A DNA stretch of 64,000 nt from Terriglobia bacterium (GTDB lineage Bacteria > Acidobacteriota > Terriglobia > Acidiferrales > UBA7541), in assembly GCA_041488495.1 (NCBI GenBank), contig JBGPPL010000007.1, positions 30,855-94,854 on the forward strand. The letters are read 5' to 3'. Every line of letters starts with the position of its first letter. Position 1 is the first letter of the stretch. Below the pieces are notes generated by a model. That model was not told where the DNA came from. It did no database searches and worked only from the letters and a program-made list of their open reading frames with translations. Made by a program: the position numbers and the translations under genes. Of this stretch, positions 17,282-25,858 are shown piece by piece.

Positions 17282-18580
17282 TCAAGCCAATGCAGGCTCA
17301 GAGCTTATTTTGAGCCGGCGAGCGATGGAAGCGGGCAACTCCGCTTCCATGGCCATCGCTGTATCGCGAACTTCTGAGTGAATCACGCGGCCAAGCGCGT
17401 GAACCAAAGCGATCGACCGGCCATCCTTCAGCGGAAGTTCAAAATGGAGATGCAAGACGGGATCGACAGGCATGGCGGCGTCGATACGGCCGAGAAGTTC
17501 GTCGAGGCCCGCACTCGTCAAAGCGGATACACCCACCGAATTGTGATTTCCATTCAACGCGGCGGCATGCTCGGGCGCCAGCTGATCGATCTTGTTGAGC
17601 ACATGCAGGCGTGGACGATCAGCCACACCCAATCCCTTCAGGATTTTTTCGACCTCGGCATCCTGTTCGGTATGGTGTGGATTCGAAATGTCCGTAACGA
17701 GCAGAATCAGGGCCGACTCTTGCACTTCTTCCAGTGTGGCGCGAAATGCAGCGATTAGTCCGGGCGGAAGGTCTCGGATGAAACCGACTGTATCGGAAAG
17801 CAGCACGCGCCGGTTCGATGGGAGACGTACGGCGCGCACGGTCGGATCGAGAGTCGCGAACATTTTTGAAGAGACGAACACGCCGGCGCGGCTCAACGCG
17901 TTGAACAGCGTCGATTTTCCGGCATTCGTGTAACCCACAAGCGCAACCGTGCCGAGTGGCACAGCCTGGCGCGTCTGCCGGCGCAGCGAGCGCTGCTTGC
18001 GCACCGCTTCGATGGACTTCGAGATTTTGCTAATGCGGTCGCGGATGCGGCGGCGGTCGGTTTCGAGTTTCTGCTCTCCTGGACCGCGTGTGCCGATGCC
18101 GCCCGCCTGACGGGAAAGTTCTTTTGCACTTCCGGCGAGGCGCGGCAGCATGTAGTTGAGCTGTGCAAGTTCGACCTGGAGCTGACCTTCCCGGCTGCGT
18201 GCATGCCGCGCAAAAATGTCGAGGATGAGCTGTGTGCGGTCGATCACCCGGCAATCGGTGCCGGTCTCAAGGTTGCGCAACTGCGTGGGGGTTAAGTTGC
18301 GGTCGAAAATCACCAGCGGCGCTTTGTGAAGCTGCGCCTCGATTTTCACTTCTTCGATCTTGCCGCGGCCAATCACGGTGGCGGGGTCGATCTTGTCGCG
18401 CATCTGGAAGACGCTTCCAGCCACCTGCGCGCCCGCGCTGCGGGCCAGCTCCGCAAGTTCGGCAAGCGACGCGCGCTCCGCCTCACCCGCATCAATGCCC
18501 GGCACATGGGCGGCCCGTTTCAAGCCCACACCGACTAACAGCGCTCGTTCACGAGATTCTGTAGGACGTGTCGTCTTCAT
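17282..18580 (-). CDS. hflX: GTPase HflX
   Basis: The 432-aa ORF has the HflX N-domain (LQVELAQLNYMLPRL, RGPGEQKLETDRR). The G-domain motifs are GYTNAGKSTLFNAL, DTVGF and NKID. Confidence 0.93.
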   Translation of the reverse strand: MKTTRPTESRERALLVGVGLKRAAHVPGIDAGEAERASLAELAELARSAGAQVAGSVFQMRDKIDPATVIGRGKIEEVKIEAQLHKAPLVIFDRNLTPTQLRNLETGTDCRVIDRTQLILDIFARHARSREGQLQVELAQLNYMLPRLAGSAKELSRQAGGIGTRGPGEQKLETDRRRIRDRISKISKSIEAVRKQRSLRRQTRQAVPLGTVALVGYTNAGKSTLFNALSRAGVFVSSKMFATLDPTVRAVRLPSNRRVLLSDTVGFIRDLPPGLIAAFRATLEEVQESALILLVTDISNPHHTEQDAEVEKILKGLGVADRPRLHVLNKIDQLAPEHAAALNGNHNSVGVSALTSAGLDELLGRIDAAMPVDPVLHLHFELPLKDGRSIALVHALGRVIHSEVRDTAMAMEAELPASIARRLKISSEPALA

Positions 18581-18674
18581 TCTGCAGCAACGATGGCGGG
18601 CAAGTTCAAGGAAGAGACATGCGGCCAGAGGTGCATTTCCACAAACCCATTATACACCTTGCGGACATGCACAA

Positions 18675-19733
18675 CTACAGTGCTGCGCTGGAGTGCAAAT
18701 GTCCCGCCACCAACTGCTCGGCGTAGGCGGCGATGGCGGGGTCATCGCCGAAGCCGGGGAGCCATTGCACGAGGGGCTCCTTGCGAAACCAGGTGAGCTG
18801 GCGCTTGGCGTAGCGGCGTGTGGCCTGAGAGATCGCTTTCGTGGCGGCAGCGAGCGTGACGGTGCCTTCGAGGTGCGCGCGCAGCTCGCTGTACCCTATG
18901 AAGTCGAATGGTTTCGCGTCCTGTGAAATGCCGCTGCGGATGAGGCCGGCAACCTCTTCGAGCCAGCCGCGATCGAGCATCGTGCGGACGCGCTGCCCGA
19001 TGCGGTCGTACAGCGCGGCGCGCGGAGGCTGCAGGCCGATCTTGATCGGAGTGTATCCTTCCAGTCGGGCGCGGCCCGCCTGATGGACTTCGGTGAGCGG
19101 GCGCCCGGTGAGCAAGCAGACCTCGATGGCGCGAATCATCTTGGGACGATCGCGGGACCCTATGCGCGTGGCGGCCTCGGGGTCCAGACGTCGCAAAACA
19201 CGATGCAGGTATTGCAGGCTATGCGCGTCGGCGCCCGCTTCCAGGCGCGCGCGCAGTTCTTCCGAGCGCGCCGGGGCATCGGATAGGCCTTCCAGAAGCG
19301 CGCGCAGATAAAGCCCCGTCCCGACGGTAAGGATCGGGAGCCGCGAACGCTGGCCCAGGTCTTCGAGAACCGCGATAGCCCGGACACGATATTCTCCCGC
19401 CGTAAAAGCAAAGCTGGGGTCCACCAGATCGAGCAGGTGATGCGGAATACCTTCGCGCTCTTCGAGCGATAGCTTGGCGGTGCCGATGTCGAAGCCCCGA
19501 TAGACCTGCGTCGAATCGCAGGCCAGGACCTCGCCGCCAAATTTCCGGGCAAGCAACGCGCCGAGCGAAGATTTGCCAGAGGCCGTTGGCCCCACAATGG
19601 CTATAAGAGGAATAGGCCCCGGTCCAGATTTCCGAGGGCGATCCTTTAGCTCAGGGGTCAGGTTGGGCGTTAGTTTTGGGGCGGTACTCATCGCAGGAAT
19701 TTCCAGTACCGGATCACCAGATAAATCAGACAC
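18675..19733 (-). CDS. miaA: tRNA dimethylallyltransferase
   Basis: The P-loop is IVGPTASGKSSLG. It also contains DSTQVYRGFDIGTAK and GIPHHLLD. The start could instead be M15 at 19691. Confidence 0.9.
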   Translation of the reverse strand: MSDLSGDPVLEIPAMSTAPKLTPNLTPELKDRPRKSGPGPIPLIAIVGPTASGKSSLGALLARKFGGEVLACDSTQVYRGFDIGTAKLSLEEREGIPHHLLDLVDPSFAFTAGEYRVRAIAVLEDLGQRSRLPILTVGTGLYLRALLEGLSDAPARSEELRARLEAGADAHSLQYLHRVLRRLDPEAATRIGSRDRPKMIRAIEVCLLTGRPLTEVHQAGRARLEGYTPIKIGLQPPRAALYDRIGQRVRTMLDRGWLEEVAGLIRSGISQDAKPFDFIGYSELRAHLEGTVTLAAATKAISQATRRYAKRQLTWFRKEPLVQWLPGFGDDPAIAAYAEQLVAGHLHSSAAL

Positions 19734-19779
19734 AATAGTGCAAGCAGAAGGACGCCCGACACTTGTGTACGCGCCGGCT

Positions 19780-21135
19780 TCACTGGTCGTTCAACGGGAT
19801 ATTATACAGGAAGATGAACCTTAGTTCGATGAAAGGACCGCTGAAAGCCGGCGGGAGCGGCTCAAACGGGGTCGAGGCGCGAATCGAAGAGATCGCCGCG
19901 CGATCCAGCGGCTCTTTGGTGGAACTGCCAACCATGGCAGGCTCTGCATCGGGCACGACGCCGTTGCGCATGATGCGAAATTGCAAGATGACTTTGCCCC
20001 GCTCGCCCAAATGCGCAGATTCCGGCATCACTGCATACCAGTTGCGCTTTACGCTGGCGAGTACTCGAGCGATGTAGTTGGTGAAATCCACTCCCTCGGT
20101 GGGCGTGAGCATTTCCACGGCCCCGCCGAGATAGCCCTGTCCTCCTCCGCCCCCGCCACCCATACCTCCGCCGCCGGGCGAGGGTGCAGGGCCAACTGGA
20201 CCTCCGAATTGTGCGCTGGCAGTTCCCCCATCCTTGAGCGCATCGTGCATCGACTGCTGGAGGGCCTTCCCGGGCGAAAAACGGGGCAAGACCAGGCTAT
20301 TCGAAGCTGACTCTGGGGGTAGCTGTGGCGGCCGGATCGGGCTGTCTTGCGGCGGCTGTGTTCGCGGCTGGGGCATGGGCGCAGAAGGCGCCGGTTTCGC
20401 AGGTGCGGGAGCGTCCCGGACGACGCGTTCGGGCTCCGGCGGCCCGGGAGTGGGCTGCAGTTCGCGGGGTGGCGCCAACTGGCGAAGCAGACGCGGGTCC
20501 ACGCGCAACTGTGGGCTCTTGGGCTGCGGGCTGGGAAGAACTTTCGGAACGTCGCTGACATCTGAGGGCAAGAAGAGGTTTGTAACGTTCTGCCTGTCGA
20601 TTTCCTCCCGCGTCGGCTGCCGGTACGGGAACAATTTGGGTTCAAATAGAATGAAAAGGATCACGACAAAATGAAACGCAATGGAGGAGAACCGCGCGGC
20701 AGCGTTCCATGCCGATGTCCGTTCCTCGACGGGCTGCGTCATGAAATTGACTTCGCCGGTGGTGAGGACATCAGGATCGATAACGCCGGGCAAATCCTGG
20801 ATGGCTACGAGTTGTTTCGGCTCAAGCTTGGACGCATGCGCGTCCTTGGGCACGGCGACGCGCGAATCGAGGATGGTCAGCAGAACGTAATCGGGCGTCT
20901 TGCTCGTCGCATCGAGGGGCGTATAGGGCATATCGCGCGGGACGACGACGCGCGAGCCCAGCACGCCCAGAGGAATATGCGAGGGAATCAAGGTTCGAGG
21001 ATCCAGCTCAATGTGCGGCAGGTTCGATGGGACGAGCGTGCGCGCGTCGAGTTCGGAGCTTAACCGTCGCGGCGGCGCGTCGGAGGGAGCCGCGAGCGGC
21101 CGGGCATTCTTCGGAACCAGAATCCGGGGAATCAT
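19780..21135 (-). CDS. TonB C-terminal-domain protein with Pro-rich spacer and a repeat-containing N-terminal extension
   Basis: The 451-aa ORF has one TM segment (FSSIAFHFVVILFILF) and a Pro-rich linker. The C-terminus is TonB-like (GKVILQFRIMRNGVV...PFEPLP). The N-terminal 105 aa carry five [DG]xR-[TV]-[LV]-[VI]-P repeats. Its start overlaps the upstream stop by 4 nt. Confidence 0.8.
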   Translation of the reverse strand: MIPRILVPKNARPLAAPSDAPPRRLSSELDARTLVPSNLPHIELDPRTLIPSHIPLGVLGSRVVVPRDMPYTPLDATSKTPDYVLLTILDSRVAVPKDAHASKLEPKQLVAIQDLPGVIDPDVLTTGEVNFMTQPVEERTSAWNAAARFSSIAFHFVVILFILFEPKLFPYRQPTREEIDRQNVTNLFLPSDVSDVPKVLPSPQPKSPQLRVDPRLLRQLAPPRELQPTPGPPEPERVVRDAPAPAKPAPSAPMPQPRTQPPQDSPIRPPQLPPESASNSLVLPRFSPGKALQQSMHDALKDGGTASAQFGGPVGPAPSPGGGGMGGGGGGGQGYLGGAVEMLTPTEGVDFTNYIARVLASVKRNWYAVMPESAHLGERGKVILQFRIMRNGVVPDAEPAMVGSSTKEPLDRAAISSIRASTPFEPLPPAFSGPFIELRFIFLYNIPLNDQ

Positions 21136-22163
21136 CGATTCGCCTGTGGGGTAGCGAAAGCACCCAGTTGGACGCGCCGCCCGTGCTCGAGGATGCCTGC
21201 CATGACTCGATCCGCCAGTTCCAGAGCGCGCCGGCCGGCGGCGCCATCTACAACCGGGGCCCGGCGCGTGCGCACAGAATCAAGGAAAGCTCGCAGCTCA
21301 GCGCGGAGGGGTTCTTCGCGCTCCGATGGAAGCGTGGTGAAATCGAATTTTGGCTGCGGACCGGCCTCCACCACGCGCACACGGAGCGCGTCCTGGCGCG
21401 TGAAATCCACTGAAATATACTCATGCTGCTGGAAGAAACGCAGCTTGCGCACGCGCTCGGTGGAGACGCGGCTCGCGGTGACGTTGGCGACGGCGCCGGA
21501 ATCAAAATCCAGGCGCGCGTGCGCGATGTCCACTTTGTCTGTCAGGACGGGAATACCTATCGCTTTTATTTCCGTGACAGGCGAATCCACCAGCGCAAGC
21601 AGGATATCCAGATCGTGAATCATCACATCGTACACGACGTCAATGTCCAGGCTGCGCGGCGTGAAAACGCCGAGGCGATGAACTTCGAAGTAAAGAGGGC
21701 GGTTCATCACGGGCATCACCGCAACAATTCCCGGATTGTATCGTTCCAGATGGCCGACCTGCAGAATTCGGTCCGCACGCGCGGCTGCAGAAAGAAGCTG
21801 GTCGGCCTCGGCGAGCGAGGCAGCTATCGGTTTTTCCACGAGCACATCGACGCCGAGCTCGAGCAGGCGGCAGCCGACGCGCGCATGCTCGATGGTAGGC
21901 ACGGCCACGCTCGCTGCGTCCACGCGGCCGGCCAGCGATTCGATGTCCGGCAAAACTTCCGTGGAGAATTCCTTCGCGACTTGTCCCGCACGTGTGGGAT
22001 CGGTGTCCACAATGCCGGTCAGTTCGGCACCTTCAAGCTCGCGATAGATGCGAGCATGGTTCCAGCCGAAATCTCCCGCGCCGACAACGGCGACGCGGAG
22101 TTTATTCTGGCGGGCCCCACGCGGAGCCCGCACCCGCTTCTCTGGCTGATTCCCGGGAGTCAC
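21132..22163 (-). CDS. Gfo/Idh/MocA family NAD(P)-dependent oxidoreductase
   Basis: The 343-aa ORF has a Rossmann N-terminus (LRVAVVGAGDFGWNHA) and the motifs VLVEKPIA and GHLERYNPG. It is translationally coupled to lpxI upstream and the TonB-like gene downstream. Confidence 0.85.
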   Translation of the reverse strand: MTPGNQPEKRVRAPRGARQNKLRVAVVGAGDFGWNHARIYRELEGAELTGIVDTDPTRAGQVAKEFSTEVLPDIESLAGRVDAASVAVPTIEHARVGCRLLELGVDVLVEKPIAASLAEADQLLSAAARADRILQVGHLERYNPGIVAVMPVMNRPLYFEVHRLGVFTPRSLDIDVVYDVMIHDLDILLALVDSPVTEIKAIGIPVLTDKVDIAHARLDFDSGAVANVTASRVSTERVRKLRFFQQHEYISVDFTRQDALRVRVVEAGPQPKFDFTTLPSEREEPLRAELRAFLDSVRTRRAPVVDGAAGRRALELADRVMAGILEHGRRVQLGAFATPQANR

Positions 22164-23059
22164 TATTTCCCCTGCGTCGCCGGCCGTTCGGCCACCCCGA
22201 TGGCCTCCAGCGGAAATGCCTCAATTGCGATGCCGGCGGCGTCGGCAGCCTCGATCACGCGCGCGCGGTCGAACAGCAGCGTGCGCTCCGCGTCCATCCC
22301 CAGCGCGGAGACCCGGCACCGCTGCATCACTTCGACGGTTTGAAGACCCACGACGGGTACATCGAATCGCATATCCTGCCGCGGCTTGCTCACCTTCACC
22401 ACGACCAGCGCGCCCCCGTCAGCGATGCGGGCGGCGCGCTCGATGGTTTCGTCGGTCCCTTCCATGGCTTCAACGGCAACGCACGCGCAGTCGCGAATCA
22501 CAACGGTCTGCCCGAGATCGAGCCCGGCAATCTGCCGCGCGATTTCGCGGCCGTAAGCGATGTCGGCCGCTTCGCGTGCGTCCGGCGCGCGCCGCGTGAG
22601 CACGCCAGGGGCGGGGACGAGCGGCTTGAGGAATGCCGTGGAGTCCACCAGTTCAATGCCTTCCGATTCCAGCACTCGGGCAACGGCCCCGATCAGCGAA
22701 TCGGTATTTTTTAGCGGCAGTGAGAACAAAAGCTTCGCGAGCTTCCAGTCCGGACGAATGGAGCTGAAGATCTTGTTGTGCTTCACCTGCCCGGCCATGA
22801 CAGCCCGGTTAACGCCTTCTTCATGTAAAATTTCAAGCGTTCGCGACAACTCACCGAGACTGACCCAGTGCAATCGCGATGCAATTTTTTCGAGCCCGGG
22901 GGAAGCCTCTTCCCGAATCGCAATCACGGCCATGTCGATCCCCTGGCTGCGCGCCGCTTCGAGGACCAGAAATGGAAATTGTCCGTTGCCGGCAATGAGT
23001 CCCCATCGAACGGGAGTATCCGAAACGGGCGAGGATGACATGGGCGCGGAGGAATTCAC
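22163..23059 (-). CDS. lpxI: UDP-2,3-diacylglucosamine pyrophosphatase LpxI (DUF1009 family)
   Basis: The 298-aa ORF contains GLIAGNGQFPFLVLEAARSQG...AVMAGQVKH...DLGQTVV. It sits directly after lpxA with a 4-nt overlap. Confidence 0.8.
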   Translation of the reverse strand: MNSSAPMSSSPVSDTPVRWGLIAGNGQFPFLVLEAARSQGIDMAVIAIREEASPGLEKIASRLHWVSLGELSRTLEILHEEGVNRAVMAGQVKHNKIFSSIRPDWKLAKLLFSLPLKNTDSLIGAVARVLESEGIELVDSTAFLKPLVPAPGVLTRRAPDAREAADIAYGREIARQIAGLDLGQTVVIRDCACVAVEAMEGTDETIERAARIADGGALVVVKVSKPRQDMRFDVPVVGLQTVEVMQRCRVSALGMDAERTLLFDRARVIEAADAAGIAIEAFPLEAIGVAERPATQGK

Positions 23060-23835
23060 TTGTGCAGGCCGCGCTGCGCCGACTCGATGAATTCCACCAA
23101 TTCCCGAACGTCGGACGAGCCGTTGAGTTGCGCGCGGATCTGTTCGAGGGCCTGTGAAGTGTTGAGCTTGGAGCGCAGCAGCAGGCGAAATGCGCGCTCA
23201 ATCGTGTCGAGACGCGCGCGGTCGAAGCCACGCCGCTCGAGCCCGACCGTGTTCACGCCGTAGCACCGGGTCTCGCGCTCGGTAACCACGCGCGAAAACG
23301 GCGGCACGTCCTGCGTGATTACGGTGCAGGCGCCGATATAGGCGTAGCGTCCGACTCGGCAGAACTGGTGCACCGGGCTGAATGCCCCGACACTGGCATA
23401 GTCCTCCACAACGACGTGGCCCGCGAGTGTCGCGCCATTGGCGAAAACTGTGTGGCTGCCGACGATGCAATCGTGTGCGACGTGGGAATACGCCATGAAG
23501 AGATTGTCGCTGCCGATTCGCGTGACGCCACCACCTTGGGTGGTGCCGCGGCTCACCGTGGAAAATTCCCGGAAACGGTTTGCGTCGCCCACCACCAGTT
23601 TTGTTTGTTCGCCGCTGAATTTCAGATCTTGCGGATCCCCGCCGACCGAGCAGAACGAATCAAAAATATTTTTGCAGCCAACGCTTGCCGGACCGCGAAC
23701 CACAGCATGCGGTTCGAGCACGCAATCGGCTCCCAGCTCAACGTCGTCTCCTACGACGGCGAACGCGCCAACTCGGACCGCGCTTCCGATACGCGCACTC
23801 GAGGAGACGATCGCCCGGGGATCGATTTCACTCAT
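23056..23835 (-). CDS. lpxA: Acyl-ACP--UDP-N-acetylglucosamine O-acyltransferase
   Basis: The ORF 23056..23892 was trimmed to M20 (MSEIDPRAIVSSSARIG). It has left-handed beta-helix hexapeptide repeats and the motif YSHVAHDCIVG. Confidence 0.92.
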   Translation of the reverse strand: MSEIDPRAIVSSSARIGSAVRVGAFAVVGDDVELGADCVLEPHAVVRGPASVGCKNIFDSFCSVGGDPQDLKFSGEQTKLVVGDANRFREFSTVSRGTTQGGGVTRIGSDNLFMAYSHVAHDCIVGSHTVFANGATLAGHVVVEDYASVGAFSPVHQFCRVGRYAYIGACTVITQDVPPFSRVVTERETRCYGVNTVGLERRGFDRARLDTIERAFRLLLRSKLNTSQALEQIRAQLNGSSDVRELVEFIESAQRGLHK

Positions 23836-24322
23836 TGCTCGGCACCAACCGTGCGTCCGTGTTAGCGTCACTTGGCCCGGCCGCGGGATCACGGTCCATC
23901 AACATACACTTCAGCGTCGCTTCGGCTGCGAGTTCACCGTTGACGGTGGCCGTGCCATGCAGCTTGCAGAACGTTCCGCGCCACTTGAGCACCGTCACTT
24001 CCATCCGCAACTGTTCTCCCGGCACCACCGGCCGCCGGAAGCGCGCCTTGTCCACGGCGGCGAAGTACAACAGCTTCTTTTCCCGATCGGGAATTTCCAA
24101 CAACAGAAGGAGGCCGCCAGTCTGCGCCATACCTTCGATGATCAGAACCCCCGGCATGACGGGCTTTCCTGGAAAGTGGCCCTGAAAATAGCTCTCGTTG
24201 ATGGAGACGCTTTTCAACCCCACGATGCGCTTCACCCGCTCCATCTCGACGATGGTATCCACCATCAGGAACGGATAGCGGTGCGGCAGAATCTTCTGGA
24301 TGGCGATGGTATCGAAAATCAT
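23828..24322 (-). CDS. fabZ: 3-hydroxyacyl-ACP dehydratase FabZ
   Basis: The 164-aa ORF contains LPHRYPFLMVD, FQGHFPGKPVMPGVLIIEGMAQ. Confidence 0.95.
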   Translation of the reverse strand: MIFDTIAIQKILPHRYPFLMVDTIVEMERVKRIVGLKSVSINESYFQGHFPGKPVMPGVLIIEGMAQTGGLLLLLEIPDREKKLLYFAAVDKARFRRPVVPGEQLRMEVTVLKWRGTFCKLHGTATVNGELAAEATLKCMLMDRDPAAGPSDANTDARLVPSNE

Positions 24323-24509
24323 TTCATGGCCTCGATTCGCGTCCGGGAAAGCTCGGGGGAAGACAGCCGGCGCCGTCCTTGGAATTATATGCGAAACACG
24401 CCGCCCAGCAAACGCAGTTCACGGCCAGCGTTCGCACCGGGGCCGCGCGTCGAGGCGTTCGCCGCCAGCAGTTGCCCGGTACGGGTTCCATTGTTAGCAT
24501 AGCGGCGCC

Positions 24510-25667
24510 ATGAAGAGCCATCCCACAATGAGTTCGCAGCTCGGTTGGCTGCGGCAGCGCGAGCGGGCGATGACGCGCCTACTCGGCCGTTTTGTGCGGG
24601 CGGAGTCACCGAGTTTCGACAAGGCGGCGGTGGACCGGTTCGGCCGCATCATCGCGTCGGAATGGAGTAGGCGGGGCGCGGCGGTCACCGTGCTGCGCCA
24701 GCGCGAACGCGGCGATCACGTAAGGGCCGAATGGCGCCCCCGCGAGAACCGCGCGAATGCGCAGATTCTAGTTCTAGGCCATTTGGACACCGTCTACGAC
24801 GCCGGGACCATCACGCGGATGCCGTTCCGGGTGTCCCGAGGACGCGCCCGGGGACCCGGCGCGTTTGACATGAAAGGCGGGCTGGTGATTGCACTTTACG
24901 CCATCGACGCCCTGGCCGCTGCAGGCTGCATGCCGGAAAAGCGCGTCGTCTTTCTATGGACGAGCGACGAAGAAATCGGCAGCGAAAGCTCGCGTGCCAC
25001 GATTGAATGTGAAGCGGAGCGCAGCGACGCGGTGCTCGTGCTCGAACCCGCAGCCGGACTCGATGGGCGCGTGAAAACGGGCCGCAAGGGCGTGGGCGAA
25101 ATCGAACTCATCGCGACCGGACGCGCGGCCCACGCGGGACTTAACCCGGAGGACGGCATCAATGCGATTGAAGAAATCGCGCTTCAAATTGCGCGCATCT
25201 CGCGGTGGAACCAGCCGCGGCGCGGAATCACAGTAAACGCGGATGTGATCGAAGGCGGTACGCGCACCAATGTGATCGCCGAGCACGCACGGGCCCTGGT
25301 GGACTTGCGCGCAGCACGCATCGAAGATATGCGCGCGCTCGAACGGGAATTTCGCGCGCTGCGGCCGGCCCTTTCTGGCGCAAAGCTGCAAGTCCGAGGC
25401 GGATTCAACCGTCCGCCGATGGAACGGAAGATGAGCGCGGCTCTCTTCGCGAAGGCGCGCGCATTGTCAAAGGAAATGGGCATCGAGCTGGGAGAAACCT
25501 TCGTCGGCGGCGGATCGGACGGAAATTTTACGTCAGCGCTGGGCGTGCCAACACTCGATGGCCTCGGCGCGGTCGGCGAAGGCGCGCACAGCCCGCGCGA
25601 AAATATCGTAGTCCGCGCGCTGCCCGAACGCGCCGCTCTCCTGGCGGGCTTGCTTACAGCGCTCTAA
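24510..25667 (+). CDS. M20 family metallopeptidase (carboxypeptidase G2-like)
   Basis: The 385-aa ORF contains LGHLDTV, GAFDMKGG, SDEEIGS and GRAAHAG. Confidence 0.85.
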   Translation: MKSHPTMSSQLGWLRQRERAMTRLLGRFVRAESPSFDKAAVDRFGRIIASEWSRRGAAVTVLRQRERGDHVRAEWRPRENRANAQILVLGHLDTVYDAGTITRMPFRVSRGRARGPGAFDMKGGLVIALYAIDALAAAGCMPEKRVVFLWTSDEEIGSESSRATIECEAERSDAVLVLEPAAGLDGRVKTGRKGVGEIELIATGRAAHAGLNPEDGINAIEEIALQIARISRWNQPRRGITVNADVIEGGTRTNVIAEHARALVDLRAARIEDMRALEREFRALRPALSGAKLQVRGGFNRPPMERKMSAALFAKARALSKEMGIELGETFVGGGSDGNFTSALGVPTLDGLGAVGEGAHSPRENIVVRALPERAALLAGLLTAL

Positions 25668-25740
25668 ACGTTCTCCAGCTTTGTGCAGCCCCGGCCAATG
25701 TAGATATTTATTTGTGTATGCGCATGATGTGCTTCTGTAG

Positions 25741-25768
25741 CTCGCCTCTTCAGAGGCGAGGCTTTTCC
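25741..25768 (+). terminator. Rho-independent terminator (plus-strand gene)
   Basis: The perfect 8-bp stem ctcgcctc/gaggcgag has the loop ttca and is followed by gcttttcc. Confidence 0.6.
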
Positions 25769-25778
25769 TCGCATTGAG

Positions 25779-25807
25779 AAAAAATGCCCCGCGTCTGAAG
25801 ACGCGGG
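25779..25807 (-). terminator. Rho-independent terminator (minus-strand gene)
   Basis: The perfect 8-bp stem cccgcgtc/gacgcggg has the loop tgaa. On the minus strand it is followed by gcattttttctc. Confidence 0.6.
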
Positions 25808-25858
25808 CTACAACAAATCAAATGCGGGCTAAAAAATACCAATGAAACGATGGAATTT

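Noticed and set aside
18581-18674. I expected an hfq gene between miaA and hflX, as in the proteobacterial miaA-hfq-hflX arrangement.
   Set aside because: The gap is only 94 bp and has no ORF, so hfq is simply not here. I cannot judge from this window whether that is lineage-typical, so I do not raise it as a finding.
20100-20480. A GC-rich, low-complexity stretch that superficially resembles a tandem DNA repeat.
   Set aside because: It encodes the Gly-run and Pro-rich linker (GGGGMGGGGGGGQG; PAPAKPAPSAPMPQP) of the TonB-like protein. This is a normal feature of TonB spacers and not an independent repeat element.
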